64,000 nt of DNA, from assembly GCA_016748015.1 (NCBI GenBank), contig JAAOMT010000128.1, positions 1,433,538-1,497,537 of the forward strand. The letters are read 5' to 3'. Each line of letters opens with the position of its first letter. Position 1 is the first letter of the stretch. Below the pieces are notes generated by a model that saw nothing but the letters and a program-made list of their open reading frames with translations, was not told the origin of the DNA and did not search any database. A program made the translations under genes and the position numbers. Positions 13,314 through 25,071 of the stretch are shown here, piece after piece. The DNA comes from Geosiphon pyriformis uo1 (lineage: Eukaryota > Fungi > Glomeromycota).

Positions 13314-14697
13314 ATAGATTCAGAAAACTACAACAACATTAAAAACTATTTGGAGACTCTCACCATGCCAAAAAATTGGTCTTCAAGTGAAAAACATTAA
13401 TTACAACACCAATCCAAACAATATTTTATACACCACAACAAAATCTATTACAAAAATCGTAGAAATCCAAACCAATCACTCAGATTAGTACAAAAGAATG
13501 AAAAAGAAACAATCTTATACAACATGCACATAGATCCTTCTTCAGCACACTTGGGAAGAGATGGAACAATACAAAGAACTCTTGAACATTATTTTTGGCC
13601 TCAAATGCAAAAAGACATTCAACAATATATAGAATCTTGTGATAGTTGTCAAAGAAGAGGAGGAACTCGCCCCATAGAATCTTTAAATCCAATCAAAGTT
13701 GGACAACTTTTTAACAGAGTTGGAATTGATTTAGTCGGACCATTACCTATTACAACTCAAAAAAATTGTTATATTGCAGTCACAGTAGATTATCTTACCA
13801 AATGGCCTGAAGCTAAAGCCATCCAAAGAGTAGATACAAAATTAGTAGCAAATTTCATCTATAAAGACATTATTTGTAGACATGGATGTCCAATTAAACT
13901 TTTATCTGATCAAGGAACACATTATAAACAACTTGATACAAGAAATTTGTGAACAATTCAATGTCAAAAGACCTCTATTATCACTTTATCATTCTCAAAC
14001 AAATGGACTTGTAAAACGTTTCAACAGAACATTGTGTGAATCTCTAGCCAAAGTCTCAACAGACTTTGAGCAGGAATGAGATATCTTTATTTCATCAGTG
14101 TTATTAGCATACAAAACACTAAAACAAGATACTATGAAACACATACCATTTGATTTAACTTATGGAAGGACAGCAACATTACTAATTAATTTCACAATAG
14201 AAACATACCCTGTACAACCAATTAATGAAGAGAACTTTCAAAAAACACTCCAAAGAAGGGCCTACACTCTTCTTAGTACACTGGAAGGAAAAAGAAGAAC
14301 AGCAGCAACTCATATTGAACATTCTCAAACTCAACAAAAAGAAAGACATGACAACAAACTACCACCCATAACCAACGAATTTAAAGTTGGAAATAAAGTT
14401 CTCTTACACAGAACTAAGGCTAAAAAACAATGGAGTAGAAAATTTGAAAACAAATGGAATGGACCATTTTATATTCACAAAATTCTAGGCAATAGATCAT
14501 ACAAGTTAAGACTTGATGACAAAATACTAGCAAAAGTTGCACATGGAGATAGATTGAAACACTATCACTTCAAAAACAATTATAAATCATTAATTCCACA
14601 AATTGGTACACATTCCCCTTTAATTAAACCTGAAGATATTCCCCGAAATTTAGAACCAATAATTATAATAGAACAACAGCCAAACTTGAACACTTAA
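13314..14697 (+). pseudogene. Element B integrase (separate ORF: HHCC, DDE core, GPY/F module; no chromodomain seen)
   Basis: ORFs 13524-13952 and 14098-14697 ('KFENKWNGPFYIHKILGNRSYKL'). Start codon decayed to ATA at 13314; it is ATG in E. Confidence 0.88.
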
Positions 14698-14851
14698 ATT
14701 CAATATAATTTTACAATAATCTTTTTAATAACACACAAAGACAAAAATAATAATTAAATTACAAAAACACACAAACCCAAAAACAAATAAAACCCCATAT
14801 CCAAAAATAATTTTTTTTATTCTCCTTTTTTATTAATTAGTCAATTTTATT

Positions 14852-15559
14852 ATGATTATTCCCCAAAATATTCAACAAATATCCCAAAAATTAATGTTAG
14901 CTTTGAAAACACTTCCTGACTTATCCATAATGATTAATGGAAGTCAAATTAATTACATTTAAAAAGAAACCACAGCCCCAATAGTAAATAATTCTTAAAA
15001 CTACCACCCCTATAGAAGAAAAACAAAAGATCATTCTGAAAAAAGGTTACCAGAACTTTTGAAGCAAGCACTGAAAAAAAACTTTTAAATTGCCCCTATT
15101 GACATTCCACCAAATGCCACAATTCAACAGAAACTTTTACTATGTCTTAATGAACAGAACAATGAACATACTCTTATATATAGATATTTTCATATTGGGA
15201 AAACACTTTACGAACAAAAACTGGAACTTGAAGCAACCAACATCACTCCTAAGACTATACAAAAACAAATTCGCAATGAATTTAAGACAGCAGCTGTATT
15301 AACAAACACTTGCTACAAACTTAGAGCAGCTTTTAGACTTTATAATTTATTTACCACTTGTGAAAACATCTTACAAAATTCAATACTCCAATCAATGAAA
15401 GTTCAATACATTGGAAAACTCACAAAACTGAAATTTCAACAATTTTCAGACCAAATCACTTCAATTATCTTGGACCACTATTTTAACATCACAGATAGTG
15501 CTTGGACTTTGACAGAGCTTAGTCTTAAGGAGGAGATTATGTTACTAGTAGAATTTTAG
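14852..15559 (+). pseudogene. Element B ORF3 (accessory), overlaps PPT and ends inside the 3' LTR
   Basis: ATG at 14852 'MIIPQNIQQISQKLMLAL...IYRYFHIGKTL...KLRAAFRLYNLF...QYIGKLTKLKFQQF...LTELSLKEEIMLLVEF*'. Homologous to 29190+ and 36258-36665. Confidence 0.75.
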
Positions 15560-16511
15560 CTATTAATTAGCATGAAATTATCTTTATAATTCCTATTATT
15601 AATTAGCATACATTATTATTAATTCAATTATCACTTATTATTTAATCAAATTATCAAATATCATTACTCAATCAATAATCCGATTTGTACTTTAGAAATT
15701 AAGATAATCAAATTACACAATACTCTGAATCTTTTAACATAATCAAAATTCGCTGAAATTAATAAAAATTTGCTGAAATAATCAATAGTTCAGTGAAATA
15801 ACTTGTAAATTCACCGAAATGTATCTTTAGTTCACTCAAAGTGTAACAAAGAGAAAAGTGCAAGTTCAAAGACTAGTACTACAACAAGTTGTATAAAAGA
15901 AGAGCTTCTCTCTTCAAGGAAATGTATCTTTTTATAGTATCTTACTATAATATCTTACTTTACATATCTTAATTGAAACAAATCATCTTTTACAAAATCA
16001 AATAAAAATTAAATATTTAAAAACCAAATTCTTAAATTATTACACTTGAAATTTCCTTAACACAACTAACGTTTTGAAATTGATTAGCTACCAATTTCAA
16101 TAAACTGTTAATGACTCCAGGCCTGGATAGAAAACGTTTCCCTTGATAAAATCCTATTTCTTTTACATTTCTTTTATTTTTCTTTTATTTTCTTATTACA
16201 AATCATTAGGGTAGCCTACAGACAAGATTCTTGTAGAAGAGTTGACTTTCACAGCAAAGTAATTACACATTTTAGTGAGCTTCCAGATGAGTAATTCCTG
16301 GGAAAGAGTTAACGTTTACTACAACATAACTACATAAAGTAACTGGCAAAAAATTGGCCATTCCACTTATAAGCCCAGCAGTTCAAATTATAGGAGATAA
16401 TTTGAAGATAAATTCAGTTACTGGAGGTTCAACTACTTCTAGAAAATGTAAATTTGCAACCAACAGACATTTACAACATTTAAAAAAAGAGACCAAAAAT
16501 CTCTGGTAACA
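15540..16511 (+). repeat. Element B 3' LTR (PPT AAGGAGGAGATTA at 15527-15539)
   Basis: Direct repeat of 6757-7728, ending TGGTAACA. Confidence 0.93.
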
Positions 16512-17689
16512 CTGGGTTTTGTTCTTTTTCTTCTCTGAAAAGCATCACAATTTTGAAAATATTGAATGATATCTGAATACATTGATGGCCAATAGTATCT
16601 TTTTTTGGCTCTTTCTATGGTCGCTTCTTTGTGAAAATGTCTTGTTGTTGGGTCTGAGTGCATGTTGAACAATATTGTTTCTTTTTCTGAACCAGAATGG
16701 CCAATACACACATGTATCAGCCATATGTGGCCATTTTAAGACCACCAAATCGACAACACCACTCATCGAGTTTGAGGAAGAAGAAAAAAAACCTACCTAG
16801 AAAGCCTATCAAGTGTCATGGGCTAAAGAAGATCATAACAAGTTACCACCAATACTCTCCTAGAATGATAACAGAAAAGGAAAACAAAAGAAAAAACTTA
16901 CCTAGAATGCTGACCAAGACTGGGAAACCAACAATGACTTAAACAAACTACCAACCTGGGAATGGGAAAAAACTAACAAAAAAAAAAGAAAAAAGAAAAA
17001 AGAAAAAAGAAGATATAATCAAAGAAACCACCACCACAAAAAAAATAACTAGTGGCTGGGAAAGAGAATACTCATGAGAACTAATTAAAGAGCCACCATA
17101 TATATCTCTCAAATGTAAGAACTATGGGAAGAAACTTTTTTCTATGGGAGCTTGGGTTGCGCCAGACAAAGATTACTGGATGCGAATCCACTATTATTGC
17201 AAGCCTTGCCACCACAAATGCTATGGCTACCCAAAAAGACAAGACAAATAGAACAACAAACTCTATCTCACTTGCAGTAAACAACTACTAAATGAAGGAA
17301 TGTGGAATGACATTCCTGGATGAAAAAGAATGTACGATGCTTTATGCCAATACACAATTCTTATCAGCAATTGGGTAAGTCATGGTATGCCAATAACTGC
17401 TGTCTGGCACTGTGTAATATCTTGCTTGGATAGTTATCTACATGACAAAGACAAGATTTGGCAAATGGCAAATGCCAAAGTAGTAAGTACTATGTCTAGT
17501 AAAATATTGGAAATCAAAAACAACTCTCTGGAGCCAGTCAATATTGTTCTGATTCCCAATCCAGACACTTTCCTGGACCTGGAAGCAGGCCCAGAAGAAT
17601 TCCATGAGCACTACCAAAATTTGGCATCAACAAAAGAGGAATAAGAGCAGCATTTAGCCCAAATAAAAACCCAACTATGTGATTATTGT

Positions 17690-18943
17690 TTGATCCCATG
17701 TGACTTTCAAAATTGTAATAAGTGTGACCTTATTTACAATCCACCACTACACATGATCTACACAATTTCAGAGGAAGAACCAATTAGTAGCTGCACATTA
17801 AAATTGGAATTAATTTTCAATCCTGATTCAAACTCTGACAACAATGACGACAAAAATAATGGTTTCAGCTCTGCTCAATATGGCAACAAAGATAACAATG
17901 ATTTGGACTCTGATTCAAACCCCAAAACATACATTGCACTCTCTGATCTCACCAAGAAACAAGAACTCAAATGGTTCAGTAATAATAATAAAAGTATTAT
18001 GCCAGAATGCACACATGATACTAATGCAGGATTTGATCTGAAATATTCAGGGAAATATCCCATCAAATTGAAACCACATTTGTACACTTGCATCAATCTG
18101 AAAATAGCACTGGAAATTTTAGCAATGACAATGGTTCAATTAGCATTCAGAAGTAGTTTAGCGAAAAAGGAGATCAACATCAGAGGAAGAATAATTGATG
18201 CAGAATATGTAGGAAATATCATTGCTATGCTACAAAATGACTCAGAAAAAGCATATATCATAGATCCCAATAAAAAGATAGCACAAACAATTTTCCTACT
18301 TCTGGTGAAAATAACTCAACTAGTGTTAGTGAAAAACAGAGAAGAATTAGGGATCACAGCTAGAGGGATACAGAGATTTAGATCAATGAATAGAATAGAT
18401 GTACCAGTTAATATGGCAAAGGAAGAAATTGTTGACAAAAGAGAAATTATCTCAATCTGTCAATCAATTTCTATTCTACTATACAACCAGTACACAGTAG
18501 TTATAGAAAAAAAAGTGAAAGATCAGATGCAAATTTTTGAGACAGAAGCAACACTGTGTAAATCAGGAGAAATTGGACTTACCAATCTTTACATACCAGC
18601 CAAAAACCATAATCACATCAAAATTCCCATCTACAACAACACGGGAAATGTTTTAAAAATACCAGAAAGAATCATTATTGGCTATTTAACCATTGAAATT
18701 GAAGACCAACAGCCAGATACCATTTCAGATTTTCCACAACTATGCAGATATGTGGATATTACATCACAAACCATATATGGACAAGAAAAATGTTATCTGC
18801 TTCAACAGAAACAGTTGGAACAGATGAATATAAGGAACTTAGACTCACTACAATGTATGCAACTTATGATGTTACTCAACAATTTCAATGACATCTTTGC
18901 TAGCAAAAACGAATTTGGCAAAACTGACATAATTCAGTATTAA
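17690..18943 (+). pseudogene. dut: Element C pol segment with dUTPase (~17970-18390)
   Basis: 417-aa ORF with 'TNAGFDL', 'AFRSSLA', 'IIDAEYVGNI', 'KIAQ', and decayed 'RGIQ(G)F(G)S'. Confidence 0.85.
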
Positions 18944-20223
18944 ATCAAGACCAGAGATGCAATGCCAATCAAACAATAAGCATACAGAGTACCACCAGCC
19001 AGCCATGAAATCATTTATCAAGAAATCAACTGGATGCTTAACAATGGGTTAATTCAACTATTAATAAGTCCATGATTATTACCAGTAGTACTGGTCCATA
19101 AAAAGAATGGAAAAATCCATTTTTGTGTGGACTACTGAAAACTGAATGAAGTAACTAAAGGTGATAGCTATCCAACACCAAAGATCCAAGAATTATTCGA
19201 TGCTTTCAGCAGAAAAAAATGGTTCTTAACATTAGATTTAGACAGTAGTTACTAACAAGTAGCCATGAAGCCAGAAGATAAGGAGAAAACAGCTTTCACA
19301 ACACAAGAAAAAAATTTTGAATTTGAAGTTATGCCATTTGGCTTGATGAATATACCAGTAACATTCCAATGGCTTATGGAAATTGTCTATACTGGACTAC
19401 TGTGAAAATCAGTAGTTGTTTACTTAGACAACACCAATGTGTTCTCAAAAACATTTGATGATTATCTATATCATTTTCAACAAATGTTTAAAAGACTAAG
19501 AAGAGCCAGATTAAAGCTAAATACAACTAAATGTTTCTTTGGCAAAACTAAACTTAAGTTTTTGGGGCATGTTGTAAGCAAAAATAGAATCAAAATGGAT
19601 CTGGACAAGATTGAAATTGTTAAGAACTTTTCAGTACCAAATAATCTTACAGAATTGAGAGCATTCTTGGAATTTGCTGGATACTACTGCTGCTTCATTA
19701 AAGACTTTTCCAAAATAGTTCAACCACTACACCAGCTCCAAACAAAAAACACCAAATATGAATGGACAGAAATCCAACAAGAAGCTTTTAATACATTAAG
19801 AAGAAAGCTTATTCAAGCCCCAGTACTAATCTATTCGGATTATAATAAGCCATTCATAATTACAATTGATGCATCTGGTCAAGCATTGGGAACAGTACTA
19901 TCACAAAAAAGACCAGATAGAAGAGAACATCCAATAGCTTACACCAGTAGAAGCTTAAGTCCAGCGGAAAAGAACTATGGAACTTCAGTACTGGAACACT
20001 TAGCTATTTATTGGGCCGTTATCAAATGGAAAGAATACTTGAGTCAGAAGTTTGATGTATACACTGATTACAAAGGATTGACTTCAATTCAGAAGCAAAA
20101 ATTTGGAGATAATTGCCATACCAGATGGAAAATAAAACTTTTACCATTTAATTATACAGTACATTATAAAAAAAAAAAAACAATGAAAATGTTGACGGAT
20201 TGTTGCAAATGAGACAAATCTAA
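18944..20223 (+). pseudogene. Element C RT + RNase H, ending at TAA 20221-20223
   Basis: 'FCVDY', 'MPFGL', 'VYLDN' and ORF 19439-20212 ('FLGHVV', 'IDAS', 'YTDYKGL'). Confidence 0.9.
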
Positions 20224-20253
20224 AAACATTTCAACCCAAAAATATAACAAAAG

Positions 20254-21638
20254 ATAAATATACAAAAATACCAACAACTCTAACATTATATAAATACTCA
20301 ATTGTTTAAGGAGAAATTATCTCAACAAGAACAAAAAAGCATAAAACAACAATCAAAATATTTTATCAACCATCAAAATATATTTTACCAGAAGAACAGA
20401 AGAAATCCAGATCAACCAATCAAAGTAATCACTGAACCAGAGAAAGAAACAATACTATTTAACATGCATTTAGATCCAACAGCAAGACATTTTCATAAAA
20501 AAGCAACCATAGAAAGAACCAGAAAAAAATACTATTGGCCATTAATGTATCCAGACATTATTTAATATGTTCAAAGTTGTGATGCTTGTTAAAGAAAAGA
20601 TAGAACAAAACCCAGTGAACCATTAAGACCAATCAAAGTAGGACAACCATTCAACCATATTAAAATTGACTTAGTAGAACCATTGACAATCACCAGTAAA
20701 GGCAACAGATATATTGCAGTAGCCATGGACTATCTCACTAAATGGCCAGAAACAAAAGCCATTCAAAGAGCAGATGCAGAATCCATTGCCAAATTCATTC
20801 ATCAAAATTTGATTTGTTGATATGGATGTTCAAAAGAACTACTATCAGATCAAGAAACCCACTTTGTGAACAGAACATTGACAGAATTAAGTCAAAGATT
20901 TGGAATTAAAAGACCATTATCATCACCATACCATCCACAAATGAATGGATTAGTTGAAAGATTTAATAGAACACTGTGTGAAGCAATAGCCAAAATTAGC
21001 CAAAAAAACCAGAATAAATGGAATTTGTTTATACCATCAGTATTATTTGCTTATTAGACAATGAAGTAAGATACTACACAAGCAACACCATTTGAATTGG
21101 TATATGGTAGAACAGCAACATTACCAGTTGAGATAGAATTCAAAACATATCCAACAAAACCAATAACAGAAGATAATTTCTAAGAAACATTGTTGAAAAG
21201 AACATATGACTTAATAAAAACACTAGAAAACAGATAACAAAAAACAGCTGATAACATCCAAAAGTCACAAGAAAAGCAAAAAAACGACACAATAACCAAC
21301 TACCAGATAAACCAGTTGAATTCAAAATTGAAGACAAAGTACTATTACATTATACCAAAGCAGAAAAACAATGGAGTGGAAAATTTGACTCCAAATGGGA
21401 TGGACCATTTCACATAGAAGAAATTCTAGGAAATAGAGCTTATAAATTAAGATGGGACAATAAAATTTTAATCAAAGCAGCACATAGTGATCAACTGAAA
21501 CCATATCACCAGATAGCATCATCATCATCTACCAATAACATTCCACAACTGGGAGTACAAAAAATACTAGTTCAACCAGATGAAATTCCATGAGATTTGG
21601 AACCAATCATAGTTATTAAACCAAACACGTCAAATTGA
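20254..21638 (+). pseudogene. Element C integrase (separate ORF)
   Basis: ORFs 20302-20565 and 20866-21057 ('SPYHPQMNGLVERFNRTL'), plus 'KWDGPFHI'. Confidence 0.88.
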
Positions 21639-21671
21639 ACAACCAAAAGAGTATATAAAGACACAATATAT

Positions 21672-22345
21672 ATGACAAAAACAACCAAGAAAAATAGAAA
21701 TACCAGATTATATTCACACTATAGCTCAACAATTGTTCCAAACCTTAAGTTAACAACAGTTAGACATGGAAATTGTTATTAACAACCAAATAATTTACTA
21801 TTAAAACACCCAAAAAAAAACAAAAAATACACCATATTAGTGGCCACCAAAGAATGATAAAAACTAAACAGATAACTTAATAGAAAAAGTGAAAAACATT
21901 TTTGGAAAAATACCTATTATGATACTAACAGAAAAGCTTACAAAAAAAAATTGGAAGCAATGGACAAAACGACTTCCAATATCATACTGCTACTATCAGT
22001 TAAGTCAAAAGTTGAATATTCAGGAGTTGTATATCAATAAATCCAAGAAAATATTCAATCAAGACATAATACAACAAATTGAAAAATTTATTGGAAAGAA
22101 AATGAATTCAACACTACATGTTAAAACAATGTACCAACTATACAACATATTTCAGAACTATCCAGAAATACTGTTACACTTAGACATGGAAACCATAACC
22201 ATTAACCAATAGAGAAAAATGAACAATACACAAGTAGAAAACATGAGAAACAGAGTCGAACAAACAATACTTGAAAAAAAAGTATTAGAATTAATTCAAA
22301 CCAAAGATTTTGATAAAGCTTAATATTAAAGAAGAAGATAATATT
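21672..22345 (+). pseudogene. Element C ORF3
   Basis: 'IPDYIHTIAQQLFQTL...MEIVINNQIIYY' and ORF 21889-22212 'YCYYQLSQKL...MYQLYNIFQNYPEILL...ITINQ'. Confidence 0.7.
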
Positions 22346-23196
22346 ACTCATAAAAGAAGAAAAACAGATATAGAAAAATAGTAGACCAATAAGAAAGTAG
22401 TAGTTAGCATATGAGCACATTGCTCAGCAATGTGGAGCAATGTCAGAAATTATGGCACATTGCTCAGCAATATGGAGCAATGTCAAGAAAATATGACATA
22501 TTGCTCAGTAATATGAACATTGCTTAAGAAATTATAGCACATTGCTTGGAAATATAAGTGATCTTGTAAAACCCAAATTATGTATATATAGTGGTAGCAT
22601 TAGAAGTAAAAAAGACAAACCTCTCAGTTTAGATTTTATTTAAGCCACTTTTTAATCCACAAATATCAATAAATAATTATTTTCTATCTCAAATCCATTC
22701 TTTACTATTAATACTTTATGTTGATAGTTATTGACACTTAACTACACTAGAACAATAGCTCTTGATTATGGCTATTGATGGAATACTAACTTGTGCATTG
22801 CCTTGGCTCATTTTTTTATTTCTTTTTATTTTTCTTTTCTTTGATTTTATTATTGCATACTAATTGATTAAGGATTAAAGCACTGAGTTATTGATGTTAT
22901 AGACAGTCTGGTAAAAGACCCAGAAATAAGGGTAGAATTATATATATATTAACAGATAGTTTACCAGAAGTGCACGACTGCCAGAATAAACCAGCCACCA
23001 TGCTAAAGACAGAAATTGGGAAAACAACTTACCAACCAACTATATTATTATTAAATCTCTGTCCATTATACAAAAGACTCAACTCTAAAACCTTTAGATA
23101 CACCTCCATACCAGTATTACCAGCATTATTAAGATATTGAGCACTAAGTTACAGATTTGATATTTGATTTAAGACCTCAAATAAACATCTGTAACA
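22342..23196 (+). repeat. Element C 3' LTR
   Basis: T(G>A)TTACTCA...CTGTAACA after a purine tract. The 3' two-thirds is homologous to the A/G LTRs; U3 differs. Confidence 0.88.
22413..22552 (+). promoter_or_regulatory. U3 array of CACATTGCT/AGCAATGT motifs, incl. palindrome CACATTGCT-C-AGCAATGTG (22416-22434)
   Basis: Seen directly. Lies between CCAAT (22386) and TATATATA (~22583). Function inferred. Confidence 0.55.
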
Positions 23197-24092
23197 CCAT
23201 TTTTGCTTACAACATGTCCCAAAACTTGAGTTCTATTTTTTCAAAAAAATACTTGGTTTTATTTAATTTTAATCCAGCTCTTTTTAGTCTTTTGAATATT
23301 TGCTGAAGATGATGTAAATGATCATTAAATGTTTTAGAGAACATGTTGATATTATTCAGATATATGACTATTAATTTCCATAGCAGTCCAGTATAAACAA
23401 TTTCCATGAATCATTGAAATGTGGCAGGAGTATTTATTAAGCCAAATGGCATCATCTTAAATTCGAAATTTTTTTCTTGAGTTGTAAAAGCCATTTTCTC
23501 TTTGTCTTCTGGTTTCATTGCTACTTGCTAATAACCACTGTTTAGATCTAAAGTTGAGAACTATTTCTTTTTTCCAAAAGTGTCAAACAGCTCTTGGATC
23601 TTTGAAGTTGGATAGCTATCTCCTTTTGTTATTCTATTCAGTTTTCAGTAATCTACACAAAAGTGAATTTTCCATTTTTCTTCTGAATTAATACCACTGG
23701 TGATAACTATAGACTCATTGATGACTGAATTAGCCTGTTGTCAAGCATCCGATTGATTTTTTGATGAATGATCTTATGGCTGGCTAGTAGTATTTAGTAG
23801 GTTCTTTGTTTAATTGGCATTGTATCTTCAGTCTTGATCTGGTGCTAGATTATGTTAGTTTTGCCAAATTCATTTTTACTGGCAAAGATGTTATTGAAAT
23901 TATTGAGTAATATCTTTAGCTGTATATGTTGTAGTGGGTTTAGATTTCTCAAGTTCATCTGTTCTAATTGTTCTGATTAGAACAAATAACATTTTTCTTG
24001 CCCATATATTGTTTGAGATGTAATATCTATATATTTGCACAGTTGTGGAAAATCTGGAATGGTGTTTGGCAGTTGGTCTTTAATTTTAGTGG
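23197..24092 (-). pseudogene. Element A RT, N-terminal half
   Basis: ORF 23207-23407. Reverse complement matches C 18720-19585. Confidence 0.85.
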
Positions 24093-25071
24093 TGTTACCA
24101 GAGGTTTTTGGTCTCTTCTTAGCTCTTGTATGTTTGTTGTAATGCTGTTAATTCATGACTATGGGAAGTGTTTGAACCTCTGATAACTGAATTTTATCTT
24201 CAAATTATCTTCTATAATTTGAACTGCTGGGCTTATAAGTGGAATGGCCAATTTCATGCCAGTTGCTTCATATAGTTACATTGTAGTAAACATTAACTCT
24301 TTCCCAGAAATTGCTCATCTGGAAGCTTACTAAAAATGTGTAGTTACTTTGCTGTGAAAGTCAACTCTTCTACAGGAATCTTGTCTGTAGGCTACCCTAA
24401 TGATTATAATAAGAAAATAAAAGAAAAAAAATAAAAGAAATGTAAAAGAAATAGAATTCTGTCAAGGAAAACGTTTTCTATTCAGGCCTGGAGTCACTAA
24501 CAGTTTACTGAAATTGGTAGCTAATCAATTTTAAAACATTAGTTGGATTTTGGGGATTTTTCAAGTGCAATAATTAAAGAATTTGGTTTTTTGAATTATT
24601 TGATATTTATTTCTTTTTGTGTGTGTAGAAATAGTTCTAAGTAATAAATCTAAGTAAGATATATTTTCTTGAAGAGAGAAGCTCTTTTTTTATACAACTT
24701 ATTATAACACTATTCTATAAACTTGAACTTTGTTTTTTTCTACAATTTCACTAAATTAAAGATACATTTTAGCAAACTACAAGTTATTTCTGTGAACTAT
24801 TAGATATTTTGGTGAACTGTCAATTATTTTGGCAAATTTTTACAAATTTCAGCAAACTTTTGAATGTTACATATTTTGGGATATTGCATGATTAATTATC
24901 GCATTTAGATTACATTTGTGTTATGTACAAATTGGATTATTAATTAAATGATAATTTCGGACATTTTGCTAATGTAATAGGTAATAATTTGAAACGATAA
25001 TATATGCTAATTAATGATAGGAATAAAGATAATTTCATGCTAAATAATATCTCTAATTTTGTCTGGTAACA
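24093..25071 (-). repeat. Solo LTR, family 2 (E-like subfamily)
   Basis: Homologous to the E LTRs. Perfect TSD GTGG (24089-24092 / 25072-25075). Confidence 0.92.

Larger units (their letters stand above)
6757..16511 (+). mobile_element. Full-length Ty3/gypsy element B (family 2), ~9.75 kb, inserted in integrase of A
   Basis: LTRs 6757-7728 and 15540-16511, with PBS and PPT. Decayed TSD TTGA/CTGG; the uninterrupted target 'tggttcactgggtttt' is visible at ~63371. Confidence 0.93.
16690..23196 (+). mobile_element. 5'-truncated Ty3/gypsy element C (family 1, different subfamily from A), inserted in the RT of A
   Basis: Starts abruptly at the end of PR. Contains the Cys-rich domain, dUTPase, RT-RH, IN, ORF3, PPT and LTR 22342-23196. 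Flanked on the right by CCAT and the RT of A. Confidence 0.85.

Noticed and set aside
14560-14697. Chromodomain at the integrase C-terminus
   Set aside because: Only ~45 aa of P/I-rich tail follow the GPY/F module, with no 'YLVKW' motif.
14852-15559. ORF3 as an env gene
   Set aside because: It is in the env position but too short, with no visible signal peptide, furin site plus fusion peptide, or TM anchor.
17690-18943. dUTPase ORFs as host DUT1 genes
   Set aside because: They are embedded in frame in retrotransposon pol, in four copies.
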